A DNA stretch of 64,000 nt from Macrostomum hystrix (Eukaryota > Animalia > Platyhelminthes), in NCBI GenBank assembly GCA_950097015.1, contig CATNEN010000011.1, positions 5,704,001-5,768,000 on the forward strand, written 5' to 3'. Below, piece after piece: positions 1-12,293 of the stretch. The notes under the pieces were generated by a model, which had not been told where the DNA came from, made no database searches, and was given only the letters and a program-made list of their open reading frames with translations. Made by a program: the position numbers and the translations under genes. Each line of letters starts with the position of its first letter. The stretch's first letter is position 1.

Positions 1-19
1 CTGTATAAATATGAGATAG

Positions 20-235
20 AGGAGAGATGAGACACAGGAAAGATGGGACACGAGAGAGATGAGACACGGGAGAGATAAGATAGGGAAGAGATTAGACACG
101 GGAGAGATTAGACACGGGAGAGATTAGACACGGGAGAGATTAGACACGGGAGAGATTAGATACGAGAGCGATGAGACACGGGAGAGATTAGACACGAGAG
201 AGATTAGACACGAGAGAGATGAAACAGGACACTGT
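20..235. repeat. Minisatellite, 16-bp unit GAGAGATTAGACACGG (related to the array at 23525-24240)
   Basis: Direct tandem repetition with degenerate edges; lies in a kinesin intron beyond the exon ending at 715. Confidence 0.85.
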
Positions 236-240
236 AGATG

Positions 241-317
241 TCAGAAGGGGCAACGGGCCGGATTTGGGAGCTTCGAGGGCCGCATCTGGCCCGCGGGCCG
301 GAGTTTGCCGACCCCTG
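241..317. mobile_element. One terminus of a Charlie-type hAT non-autonomous element
   Basis: Reverse complement of the end reads CAGGGGTCGGCAAACTCCGGCCCGCGGGCCAGATGCGGCCC, a typical hAT/Charlie MITE terminus. It is followed by GTCTAGAT (318-325), which matches the NTCTAGAN Charlie target. The other end is not in the window. Confidence 0.7.
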
Positions 318-589
318 GTCTAGATAATGGTAGGTGACCACCGAAGACGGAGATGATGCAGGCACACTCGGGTGACATGCTGATCAATTTTGAAAGCCTG
401 GCAAGGCCGCACTGAGGCGCAGTGCTAATTCGTGTATAGGTGTGTGTGAAATACACTAGCGCCAGAACCATTGAATATCTCGACGGTGCAAAGAGCAGGC
501 GACATGATTCTTGCTTCAGAAGATGCGCAACAAAAAGTTAGCCCATGTCCTTGAGTTTCGTGTGCTTGCGTTGTTAGGTTCGGGTGCAG
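318..589. repeat. Dispersed repeat of unknown class, copy 1
   Basis: Clearly alignable with 21540-21818 from GTCTAGAT through TTCGGGTGCAG, with a few indels. Confidence 0.85.
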
Positions 590-714
590 ACCCGCTTTAA
601 TAGTTCCACCTAAGCTCGTACGTCTATAAGTTAAGCTCTATAAGGTGTCATAACTCCGACTAATGGGCTAGCTAAAAACAATGATAAATGTCAATAAATC
701 AACAGTTCACTCAC

Positions 715-3700
715 TGGCGATCATTGTGGTGTTAGAATTTCCACCCAGCGAGTCTTTGATCAGCCAGGTGAGCACTGAGTCCCTGTAGGGGATGTGGATG
801 TGTCGCCTCCGGGATCGCCTCTGATCTTCAGTCTGATCCGAGCTCACCCGCTGCTCATTCCAGGTCATGAGGGACTGGTTGGCTGAATGGTGCGGATGGC
901 GCGAGCAATGGTTTAGACTGCGATTCTTAGTAAGATTTCTGCTGCGATTCTTGCTTCGATTCTTGCTATGACTCTGCTTCGATTCTTGCTACGATTCCTG
1001 CTTTGATTCTTGCTACTATTCCTGATGCTGTTCTTCCTACGATTCCTGATGCGGTTCTTCCTACGATTCCTGATGCGGTTCTTCCTACGATTCCTGATGC
1101 GGTTCTTCCTACGATTCCTGATGCGGTTCTTCCTACGATTCCTGCTTCGATTCTTCCTACGATTCCTGCTTTGATTCTTCCTACGATTCCTGATGCGGTT
1201 CTTCCTACGATTCCTGATGCGGTTCTTCCTACGATTCCTGATGCGGTTCTTCCTACGATTCCTGATGCGGTTCTTCCTACGATTCCTGATGCGGTTCTTC
1301 CTACGATTCCTGATGCGGTTCTTCCTACGATTTCTGATGCGGTTCTTCTTGCGATTTCTGCTTCGATTCTTGCTACGATTCCTGATGCGGTTCTTCCTAC
1401 GATTCCTGCTTCGATTCTTCCTACGATTCCTGCTTCGATTCTTGCTACTATTCCTGATGTGGTTCTTCCTACGATTCCTGATGCGGTTCTTCCTACGATT
1501 CCTGATGCGGTTCTTCCTACGATTCCTGATGCGGTTCTTCCTACGATTCCTGATGCGGTTCTTCCTACGATTCCTGATGCGGTTCTTCCTACGATTCCTG
1601 ATGCGGTTCTTCCTACGATTCCTGATGCGGTTCTTCCTACGATTCCTGATGCGGTTCTTCCTACGATTCCTGATGCGGTTCTTCCTACGATTCCTGATGC
1701 GGTTCTTCCTACGATTTCTGATGCGGTTCTTCTTGCGATTTCTGCTTCGATTCTTGCTACGATTCCTGATGCGGTTCTTCCTACGATTTCTGATGCGGTT
1801 CTTCCTACGATTTCTGATGCGGTTCTTCCTACGATTTCTGATGCGGTTCTTCCTACGATTTCTGATGCGGTTCTTCCTACGATTTCTGATGCGGTTCTTC
1901 TTGCGATTTCTGCTTCGATTCTTGCTACGATTCCTGATGCGGTTCTTCCTACGATTCCTGCTTCGATTCTTCCTACGATTCCTGCTTCGATTCTTGCTAC
2001 TATTCCTGATGTGGTTCTTCCTACGATTCCTGATGCGGTTCTTCCTACGATTCCTGATGCGGTTCTTCCTACGATTCCTGATGCGGTTCTTCCTACGATT
2101 CCTGATGCGGTTCTTCCTACGATTCCTGATGCGGTTCTTCCTACGATTCCTGATGCGGTTCTTCCTACGATTCCTGATGCGGTTCTTCCTACGATTCCTG
2201 ATGCGGTTCTTCCTACGATTCCTGATGCGGTTCTTCCTACGATTCCTGATGCGGTTCTTCCTACGATTCCTGATGCGGTTCTTCCTACGATTCCTGATGC
2301 GGTTCTTCCTACGATTCCTGATGCGGTTCTTCCTACGATTCCTGATGCGGTTCTTCTTACGATTTCTGCTTTGGTTCTTGCTACGATTCCTGATGCGGTT
2401 CTTCCTACGATTCCTGCTTCGATTCTTCCTACGATTCCTGCTTCGATTCTTGCTACTATTCCTGATGTGGTTCTTCCTACGATTCCTGATGCGGTTCTTC
2501 CTACGATTCCTGATGCGGTTCTTCCTACGATTCCTGATGCGGTTCTTCCTACGATTCCTGATGCGTTTCTTCCTACGATTCCTGATGCGGTTCTTCCTAC
2601 GATTCCTGATGCGGTTCTTCCTACGATTCCTGATGCGGTTCTTCCTACGATTCCTGATGCGGTTCTTCCTACGATTCCTGATGCGGTTCTTCCTACGATT
2701 CCTGATGCGGTTCTTCCTACGATTCCTGATGCGGTTCTTCCTACGATTTCTGATGCGGTTCTTCCTACGATTCCTGCTTCGATTAAAAGTAAGATTCCCT
2801 ATGCGATACATGCGCTGACTCATGCTGTGAATCTTAATGCGGTTTCTAAGCACGATTTTTTCCTCAATTCCTTTTACAGTTCGTGCTTCGATTCGGCTAT
2901 CAATGGTTTTTTCATTTGTAGCTGCTTAACTTAGAGCAGTTTATGAAAACATTCATACTCTTATAAATTACTGCATTTCTAAATGACTTTTGTTAATTGG
3001 CTCACCAAGATTCTGAATGACCTTGGCCAGGGTCACCAGAGAACGATTGATGTTGGCGCTCTCCTTCAGTCTGCTTCTAGAGGTGGCATCCGAGTCAATG
3101 CGCTCACTGTGGAGATGCCAGAGACAGAGGACAGCGATGCAGACAAGAATAATTTAAAGTATAGGTTCGGGTGACATTTTCCGGGAGACATAGGAAGAAT
3201 AAGAGAGAGTGAAGGAGAGAAATAGACAGTGACGGAGAGTGAGAGAGAGTGGTGGAGAGTGAGGGAGAGTGAAGGATAGTGAGGTAGAGTGAGGGAGAGT
3301 GAAGGAGAGTGAAGGAGAGTGAGGGAGAGTGAAGGATAGTGGTGGAAAGTGAGTGAGAGTGAAGGAGAGTGAGGTAGAGTGAGGGAGAGTGAAGGAGAGT
3401 GAAGGAGAGTGAGGGAGAGTGAGGGAGAGTGAGGGAGAGTGAGGGAGAGTGGTGGAGAGTGAGGGACAGTGAGGGAGAGTGAGGGAGAGTGAGGGAGAGT
3501 GAGGGACAGTGAGGGAGAGTGAGGGAGAGTGGTGGAGAGTGAGGGACAGTGAGGGAGAGTGAGGGAGAGTGAGGGAGAGTGAGGGACAGTGAGGGAGAGT
3601 GAAGGAGAGTGAAGGAGAGTGAGGGAGAGTGAGGGAGAGTGAGGGAGAGTGAGGGAGAGTGGGGGAGAGTGAGGGACAGTGAGGGAGAGTGAGGGAGAGT

Positions 3701-6700
3701 GAGGGAGAGTGAGGGAGAGTGAGGGAGAGTGAGAGAGAGTGAAGGAGAGTGAGAGAGAGTGAAGGAGAGTGAGGGAGAGTGGTGGAGAGTGAGGGACAGT
3801 GAGGGAGAGTGAGGGAGAGTGAGGGAGAGTGAGGGACAGTGAGGGAGAGTGAGGGAGAGTGGTGGAGAGTGAGGGACAGTGAGGGAGAGTGAGGGAGAGT
3901 GAGGGAGAGTGAGGGACAGTGAGGGAGAGTGAGGGAGAGTGGTGGAGAGTGAGGGAGAGTGAGGGAGAGTGAGGGAGAGTGAGGGAGAGTGAGGGACAGT
4001 GAGGGAGAGTGAGGGAGAGTGGTGGAGAGTGAGGGACAGTGAGGGAGAGTGGTGGAGAGTGAGGGACAGTGAGGGAGAGTGGTGGAGAGTGAGTTACTGA
4101 GGTAGAATAAAGTACAGGCAAATAAGTCAGAGCACAGTGTACCTGCCGGCCAAGTCTACAAGGTGTATTTTGCTGCTGATCTCTCTCGGAAATTCCTCGG
4201 AAATTGTGGCCTATAAAAATAATCGAATTTAATTGCACGGTGCAGTAAAAAATTGTTAATGAATAAAAAAACTTTAAAATGGTTTCTGCAAACCTGGGTA
4301 AAGATGATGGTAAATATCGAATGGCTCCGACTGCTGAAGTCGTGCATAGTTGTAGCAGCAGTGACTCTGCAAAAAGTGTTAGCAAAAATGTTGCGTATTT
4401 GTTTTTGTTTCAAAAAATTAAAACAATAAAACAAAAAAATGATTTTAAAATGTTTACCGTCGACTGTTTCCCTGATAAATGAGCTCCTGAATTTGCTCGT
4501 TGTCCGTGACTCGATGTTGTGACAAGTCTGCGGTATGATAACAATAAGAACATGTCTTACAGGTAACAACCTGTCTAACAGGTAACATCCTGTCTAACAG
4601 GTAACATCTTGTCTAACAGGTAACATCTTGTCTAACAGGTAACATCCTGTCTAACAGGTAACATCCTGTCTAACAGGTAACATCCTGTCTAACAGGTAAC
4701 ATCCTGTCTAACAGGTAACATCTTGTCTAACAGGTAACATTTTTGTCTAACAAGTAACATCCTGTCTAACAGGTAACATCCTGTCTAACAGGTAACATCT
4801 TGTCTAACAGGTAACACCCTGTCTAACAGGTAACATCCTGTCTAACAGGTAACATCCTGTCTAACAGGTAACATCCTGTCTAACAGGTAACATCTTGTCT
4901 AACAAGTAACATCCTGTCTAACAGGTAGCATTCAGTCTAACAGGTAACATCCTGTCTAACAGGTAACATCTTGTCTAACAGGTAACATCCTGTCTAATAA
5001 ATAACACCCTATCTAACAGGCAACACCCTGTCTAACAGGTAACATCCTGTCTAACAGGTAACATCTTGTCTAACAAGTAACATCCTGTCTAACAGGTAGC
5101 ATTCTGTCTAACAGGTAACATCCTGTCTAACAGGTAACATCTTGTCTAACAGGTAACATCTTGTCTAACAAGTAACATCCTGTCTAACAGGTAACATTCT
5201 GTCTAACAGGTAACATCCAGTCTAACAGGTGACACCCTATCTAACCGGTAACACACTGTGTAACAGGCAACACCCTGTCTAACAAACGATGCTCCAGTTT
5301 GACAAGCCAAACACCTGTCTAACAGCTAATAACATTTCTAACTGGTCTACACTTCATCTTATAGGTAGGCTATTAGAAAAGAATCACTTGTAGTTATTGG
5401 AATCGCTCATTTGAATAAAAATAACAAACCATTTGCACATTAAAAAATCAAAGTCTTCCAAATGGTGATTTATAATTGTCTGAATTTGCTCATAGATTTG
5501 GCCTCATTTTGAATTTAGGAGAAACACTTTTCTGTCCTTTCTTACACTCAACGGTTTGGCCCTGCCCACAATCGCGCACTCACCCCACTGCCCTGCTGCA
5601 CAGTTCTACATAAAAATCTCTGCATTCTTTCTAACAGAAATCTCTGCGCTGGACCCCACCTTCAATGCATTCAGCATTTCAGGGGCTAAACTCATTATAG
5701 AGTGCAAGTAGAGGCTTGACTCCGTGCTCAAACTGTCCCCACCTTCTCTTCACTTCTCTACGCTGCTTGATTTTCTCATTGTGGCAGAGTTGGCCAAGCG
5801 CGCACAAAAGAAGACAGTAGAAAGAAAAGATGACGGTGCGTTGGCTGCTTTAAATGCCTCAAGTTCAGAATTTAAGAAGTTTTGTTATAATGCAGTGTCT
5901 TGGACAGCTAAGGAGAAGTTTGAGTGATACTTAGATAGAAAATATTTGAATAACAACAGATTTGAAAAACCTCCGTTTGGTCAGGTGTACAGCTTGTGTA
6001 CAGCTTGTGTACAGCTTGTGTACAGCTTGTGTACAGCTTGTGTACAGCTTGTGTACAGCTTGTGTACAGCTTGTGTACAGCTTGTGTACAGCTTGTGTAC
6101 AGCTTGTGTACAGCTTGTGTACAGCTTGTGTACAGCTTGTGTACAGCTTGTGTACAGCTTGTGTACAGCTTGTGTACAGCTTGTGTACAGCTTGTGTACA
6201 GCTTGTGTACAGCTTGTGTACAGCTTGTGTACAGCTGCTCAGTCCGTGGACTTTGGAGGGCCGCTAAAAGCACCCCATTTGCTATCCTAGGTGATGCTGG
6301 CATACATTTTTTACATGAAGTGAAGCAGTTGGGAGTTTAAGTGTCTCGCTCGGTGACACAAATTTTCTTCCTTTTTGGTTGGTTAAGAATCGAACTCCTG
6401 ACCACCCGGAATGATTTTTTAAAGTTAGAATGAAGAATAAACAAGTAAGGTTTCACGTTGAGACTAAACAGCCAAAAGATAAACACATGAGCACTGTTCG
6501 CTGCTCAAAGAAGGCTTTTGCTTTTTTGTGCGGCTATAGGACTCAAAAGCAGCAGCGGCTATTTTTATTATGCTCAACTTTAATTCTATTTTTCTACTGA
6601 CAATGGACTAGCAACTCAAAGCGAATGCTTTGCATGCCAAGCGTATTACCCAATGCTTCAGTTAAAGCTTTCAATTTCGTTGGGGCCAGACTCTAACTAG

Positions 6701-9700
6701 TTTGAACTGGATTTGTGTCAAAAAACAACTGTTGCGCTCCCGGCGAAGCAGGTATCAGTAGAACAGGTAACAGTTAAAACAGGTATTAAAAGGAATCCAG
6801 TAAAACCGGTGAATAGTAGCACATGAAACCGGTAAAATAGTAATCCAGTGAAAGAGGGAACCGGTAAAACAGGAATCCAGTGAAAGAGGGAACCGGTAAA
6901 ACAGGAATCCAGTGAAAGAGGGAACCGGTAAAACAGGAATCCAGTGAATGAAGGAACCGGTAAAACAGGAATCCAGTGAATGAGGGAACCGGTAAAACAG
7001 GAATCCAGTGAAAGAGGGAACCGGTAAAACAGGAATCCAGTGAAAGAGGGAACCGGTAAAACAGGAATCCAGTGAAAGAGGGAACCGGTAAAACAGGAAT
7101 CCAGTGAATGAAGGAACCGGTAAAACAGGAATCCAGTGAATGAGGGAACCGGTAAAACAGGAATCCAGTGAAAGAGGGAACCGGTAAAACAGGAATCCAG
7201 TGAAAGAGGGAACCGGTAAAACAGGAATCCAGTGAATGAGGGAACCGGTAAAACAGGAATCCAGTGAAAGAGGGAACCGGTAAAACAGGAATCCAGTGAA
7301 AGAGGGAACCGGTAAAACAGGAATCCAGTGAAAGAGGGAACCGGTAAAACAGGAATCCAGTGAAAGAGGGAACCGGTAAAACAGGAATCCAGTGAAAGAG
7401 GGAACCGGTAAAACAGGAATACAGTGAATGAGGGAACCGGTAAAACTGGTATCCGGCAAAAGTGATACCCGGGGAAACATGTACATTCAGGTGTTGAAAT
7501 TTCGGCTCACCCTGCACGTAGGGCCCTTCCTTGGGGTGCTCGCGCACTTTCAGTGTGTACCTCTCGTGAGCCTGCCTGCGGCCGAGCAGATCGCGAACTC
7601 GCTCGTTGTAGATTTCTAAGAAGCTGACGCTCACCCTGGTGCTGACTCTGCTCTCGTTGGCCGCGTCGGCGAGACGCGAGAACAGGCCCTGGATTTTGGG
7701 CATCGATTTTCATTAAACGTGTTTTGGCACCAATTTGAAAATACTAATTTGTTTTAACTCACCTCTGCAATTCTTGGAATTAGACCGCGCTCGTTCTGAA
7801 ATTCGTTTGTTTTTGGTAATCTTTGAGAACGAAATCGAAGGAAGGAATCGAAGAATCGAAGAATTGAGGAATCGAAGAATTGAGAAATCGAAGAATTGAG
7901 GAATCGAAGAATTGGGGAATCGAATAATTGAGGAATTGAAGAATTAGGTATCGAAGAGTTTAGGAATCGAAGAATTGAGGAATCGAAGAATTGAGGAATC
8001 GATGAATTAAGGAATCGAAGAATTGAGGAATCGAAGAATTGAGGAATCGAAGAGTTTAGGAATCGAAGAGTTTAGGAATCGAAGAATTGAGGAATCGAAG
8101 AATTGAGGAATCGAAGAATTGAGGAATCGAAGAATTGAGGAATCGAAAAATGGAAGAATCGAAGAATTGAGGAATCGAAGAATTGGGGAATCGAATAATT
8201 GAGGAATTGAAGAATTGAGGAATCGAAGAATTGAGGAATCGAAGAATTGAGGAATCGAAGAATTAAGGAATCGAAGAATTGAGGAATCGAAGAATTGAGG
8301 AATCGAAGAATTGAGGAATCGAAGAGTTTAGGAATCGAAGAATTGAGGAATCGAAGAATTGAGGAATCGAAGAATTGAGGAATCGAAGAATTAGGTATCG
8401 AAGAGTTTAGGAATCGAAGAATTGGGGAATCGAAGAATTGGGGAATCGAATAATTGAGGAATTGAAGAATTAGGTATCGAAGAGTTTAGGAATCAAAGAA
8501 TTGAGGAATCGAAGAATTGAAGAATCGAAGAATTGAGGAATCGAAGAATTGGGGAATTGAATAATTGAGGAATTGAAGAATTAGGTATCGAAGAGTTTAG
8601 GAATCGAAGAATTGAGGAATCGAAGAATTGAGGAATCGAAGAATTGATGAATCGAAGAATTGGGGAATTGAATAATTGAGGAATTGAAGAATTAGGTATC
8701 GAAGAATTGAGGAATCGAAGAATTGAGGAATCGAAGAATTGAGGAATCGAAGAATTAGGTATCGAAGAGTTTAGGAATCGAAGAATTGGGGAATCGAAGA
8801 ATTGGGGAATCGAATAATTGAGGAATTGAAGAATTAGGTATCGAAGAGTTTAGGAATCAAAGAATTGAGGAATCGAAGAATTGAAGAATCGAAGAATTGA
8901 GGAATCGAAGAATTGGGGAATTGAATAATTGAGGAATTGAAGAATTAGGTATCGAAGAGTTTAGGAATCGAAGAATTGAGGAATCGAAGAATTGAGGAAT
9001 CGAAGAATTGATGAATCGAAGAATTGGGGAATTGAATAATTGAGGAATTGAAGAATTAGGTATCGAAGAGTTTAGGAATCGAAGAATTGGGGAATCGAAG
9101 AATTGAGGAATCGAAGAATTGAATTCGCACATCCAATAGTTCTTTGACTTGCCCAGTTGGATTATCACTGAACAGGCAACCAAATTTCTCTTTGCTACCT
9201 GCTTTCGCTTGGCATGTCCACTTATTGGTCCATTTTTGTGGGGGCAATGTACACTGACGCCTGACTCACTCCGAAAGCTTCAAGTGACTTAATGCAGTAT
9301 TGGCTGATTCACATGATTCACCCAACATTTTTATGATGCATCGATGCGGTAACTAAACTACGTCTGTAGAAATAAATCCCATGACACCAAAATCCTCCTT
9401 TTTTCTCTCGTTGAAAAATAAAGTACAGAGCAACAAAGCAAATCCCAAAACTGGGCTCCACTGTCGATAATTTTGATAGGGCAGAAAAACTTGCACGAAA
9501 TATTGAACATTTTGAGCTTTTCAAAAATTTTTTTGAGTATCCCTCGACGCTAGAGGTTCAGCTATAAATCGCGAGAAACTCCATGACGGGTCACTCTCTC
9601 GTGGCGGGTCACTCTCCCGTGACGGGTCACTCTCTCGTGACGGGTCACTCTCTCGTGACGGGTCACTCTCCCGTGACGGGTCACTCTCTCGTGACGGGTC

Positions 9701-11337
9701 ACTCTCCCGTGACGGGTCACTCTCCCGTGAAGGGTCACTCTCCCGTGACGGGTCACTCTCCCGTGACGGGTCACTCTCTCGTGACGGGTCACTCTCTCGT
9801 GACGGGTCACTCTCCCGTGACGGGTCACTCTCCCGTGACGGGTCACTCTCCCGTGACGGGTCACTCTCCCGTGACGGGTCACTCTCCCGTGACGGGTCAC
9901 TCTCCCGTGACGGGTCACTCTCCCGTGACGGGTCATTCTCTCGCGACATAAATCCTGTAGTCTATATTCCTCCTCCGCCAAACCAACCAACTGCTTTTTC
10001 CACTGAAGTCGATTCCCTAGCAACAAGTCAGCAACCAGTGACCAGACCTGGTATCCCATCATTGTGTAGGATTTTCCGGTGCCCGTCATGCCGTAGGCGA
10101 ACACGCAGCTGTTGTAGCCATCGAACGCGTTCTCGAGCAAATCTGTGCCCAAATCTTGGAAAATCTGAATATAGGTAAAAAAATGATTTCATACATTCTA
10201 AAGTGTTTTGAAATTTATTACATTCGCGCAAGCTAATTTGCGTTTACATATCCAGTGTTACACAATGCACATGCGATACTTAAAAATAAGCGCGTCACCC
10301 TGTACCCCAGTGTTTCCCCACTGAATTTGTGTTGCTACAGACGCACATTGGAAACTGGCACGCATAAGTTCTAAAGTCCCCTGCCTCAGTTTCCGCCTAG
10401 AGTTACTAAGAAAATGTATTCTGCATATTTCCAACCATATTAATTATTACAGATATCGGAGCGTATAGAACATTCCATATTGCTTCTGGCCCCAAACTAA
10501 CAAGAATAATTAGCTCTACGTGGCCTTTTCTGTCTCTCCCCTGCTTGTTGTAACATTTACTGCCTTGATTTTATTTTCTCAAAGCGTGAGAGAGACTGTT
10601 AAGGCTGAAGGGACAAGTGCGCAGTAAGAACCGCAGACATTGTGCCCCTCGGCTACCCGAAAATTCGTCTTTGCACAAGAGGGGCAGCAACCGGAATTTG
10701 TTGCTGAAGATCAGCGAGCGCGGCTTTGCAACAAGATGGGGTTGAAATAGTTGACGAGGAAAAGAGGTGACCGGACTGTGTCCAAACATTGTGCCGGGAG
10801 ATTGGAGTTTAGGGGTTGGTGGACAAAGTATCTTCATAGAAATTTTCCCCGGACAATCAAGCATTATTTCTCAAAAAAGAAGTATACTTTTCACCTGTTC
10901 CTGGGAGCCAACAAGTTCAACGCCAGTTGCGGCCGATTGCGGGTACACATAGTCGAATGTGAAAGTCTTGTACCTGTCGCGACTGTCACCGATGTCAGCA
11001 TCGCCTTCGATCTTTTATTTGCGAAAGGTGTGAATTTTTTGCTTAAACATCGATGAACGGAAAAGCGCTTTCCTTATCAGAAAGAATAAACTGAACTGAC
11101 TCACCTTGACATTTCGGATATTTAAAGAGTTTCCAACAACGCTGATTATCTCCTTGGCGCTGCTGTCTTCCTCTCTGAAAGTTAATGGGCAACTGTATAA
11201 TATATGGCGAAAAGGAATAATTCCTTGCATAACTCAGTAGCAAGTACGTCGCAAGAAGCTTACTTTTTACTTATCGGTCGTATGCGCACAGCAACGCGCA
11301 CATTGCTGTCAAAACTGTCCTGAGTGATGTAATTCAT
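715..11337 (-). CDS. Kinesin-3 motor, KIF16B/STARD9 (KIF16A)-like; 5' part of the gene, continues left of the window
   Basis: Eleven GT-AG exons with consistent phases: 11337-11264, 11174-11105, 11011-10895, 10164-10048, 7795-7763, 7688-7511, 4527-4458, 4366-4294, 4210-4143, 3106-3006, 882-715. Motifs: [11 protein letters not shown]-loop [96 protein letters not shown]. Confidence 0.95.
925..2790. repeat. Intronic minisatellite, 24-bp unit GATTCCTGATGCGGTTCTTCCTAC (~77 copies)
   Basis: Tandem repetition filling kinesin intron 3005-883. Confidence 0.95.
3195..4092. repeat. Intronic minisatellite, 10-bp unit GAGGGAGAGT
   Basis: Tandem repetition filling kinesin intron 4142-3107. Confidence 0.95.
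4553..5335. repeat. Intronic minisatellite, 19-bp unit TAACAGGTAACATCCTGTC
   Basis: Tandem repetition with an internal inverted repeat ACAGG..CCTGT. Confidence 0.95.
5985..6236. repeat. Intronic minisatellite, 11-bp unit TGTACAGCTTG (~23 near-perfect copies)
   Basis: Direct tandem repetition. Confidence 0.95.
6770..7445. repeat. Intronic minisatellite, 32-bp unit GGAATCCAGTGAAAGAGGGAACCGGTAAAACA
   Basis: Tandem repetition starting about 65 bp inside the donor at 7510. Confidence 0.95.
7830..9125. repeat. Intronic minisatellite, 16-bp unit GAGGAATCGAAGAATT, with higher-order blocks
   Basis: Tandem repetition; variant blocks recur about 360 bp apart (8401-8640 vs 8761-9000). Confidence 0.95.
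9583..9945. repeat. Intronic minisatellite, 18-bp unit GTGACGGGTCACTCTCCC
   Basis: Tandem repetition; reverse complement of the array at 13234-14028. Confidence 0.95.
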
Positions 11338-12293
11338 CAATCAGGGGGTGCTTCTATAGTTGCTTTGAATTATTATCTCATTATAGATTGAGGTTATGTC
11401 ATGAATTGTCACGTGAAGTTAAAATAGTTCGGAGATTAGAAGTTAAAATTTTATACCGACTCTAAAATTGCTAACTCGTCTATTCTTTTTAACAAAAACA
11501 TAAAAACTTTTATATAAAAATATATCATTAGTTAACAAATTTAATGTTTCTGAGATAAAATTTAGTGCTTAAGTGTATGCACTTAAAAATAAAAGACAAA
11601 TACTGATACATTTGATAAAAGAGAAGAGTTGGTGCGTCGTTTAATTTGCGACACACAACGAATTTAAAAATAATTTCATCGTCGTGACGTCGTCAATTGG
11701 CATTAGTAAGACGGCAACGTTATCAACCTCAATAATGTGTAACGAATTTGAACTAGAGCTTCAAAAGTAGTATGCTTATTTAAGTTGTAATATTTCATTA
11801 TAGTGAAGTTTTTTTAGATACCGTTGAGTCTGGCAGAAAAACGTTATTTAAATTAAAACTTTGATTATTATCCAATCATGAAAGTTCGCTGTGGACCCTC
11901 TGCGCTCCATTTATATGACGAAGTTAATATAACTTATAACGAAATAAATCACTAGAAATATACTGATGACTTAGGCCTATAGCACTTATGAAAATGTCCA
12001 TTAGGATTAACTAATATTTAACTAATATTAAATATTTAAGTAATACTTTGCTGATAGAGCTTATTTAGCTAGATAATTGGCAGATTGTTAGCTTAACTTT
12101 CTTTGTTACTTTTTAGGTAGGCCTATTATGAATTAATTTCACTATATACAAATACAACTAATGCAATAAGTAATATAAGTGATACTTTTTCTGAAATTTC
12201 AGGTCTCCAAATATCTGCAATCAGCTACTAGCAATTAAATATTTGCTACAAGCTACAGAACTGCAAAATGGTGAATCCTTGCTTTGATCAGCT

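Noticed and set aside
1003-2934. Long ORFs across tandem arrays (1003-2934, 1193-2818, 3066-4385, 18252-19893, 30977-33304, 33460-35010, 43423-44358 and similar)
   Set aside because: Pure repeat translations produced by stop-free units, mostly inside introns; no domain content.
10256-10555. Possible solo LTR (TGTTACA...TGTAACA, 300 bp)
   Set aside because: The 7-bp inverted ends are suggestive, but flanks (TCCAG / TTTAC) give no TSD and there is no PBS, PPT or second copy in the window.
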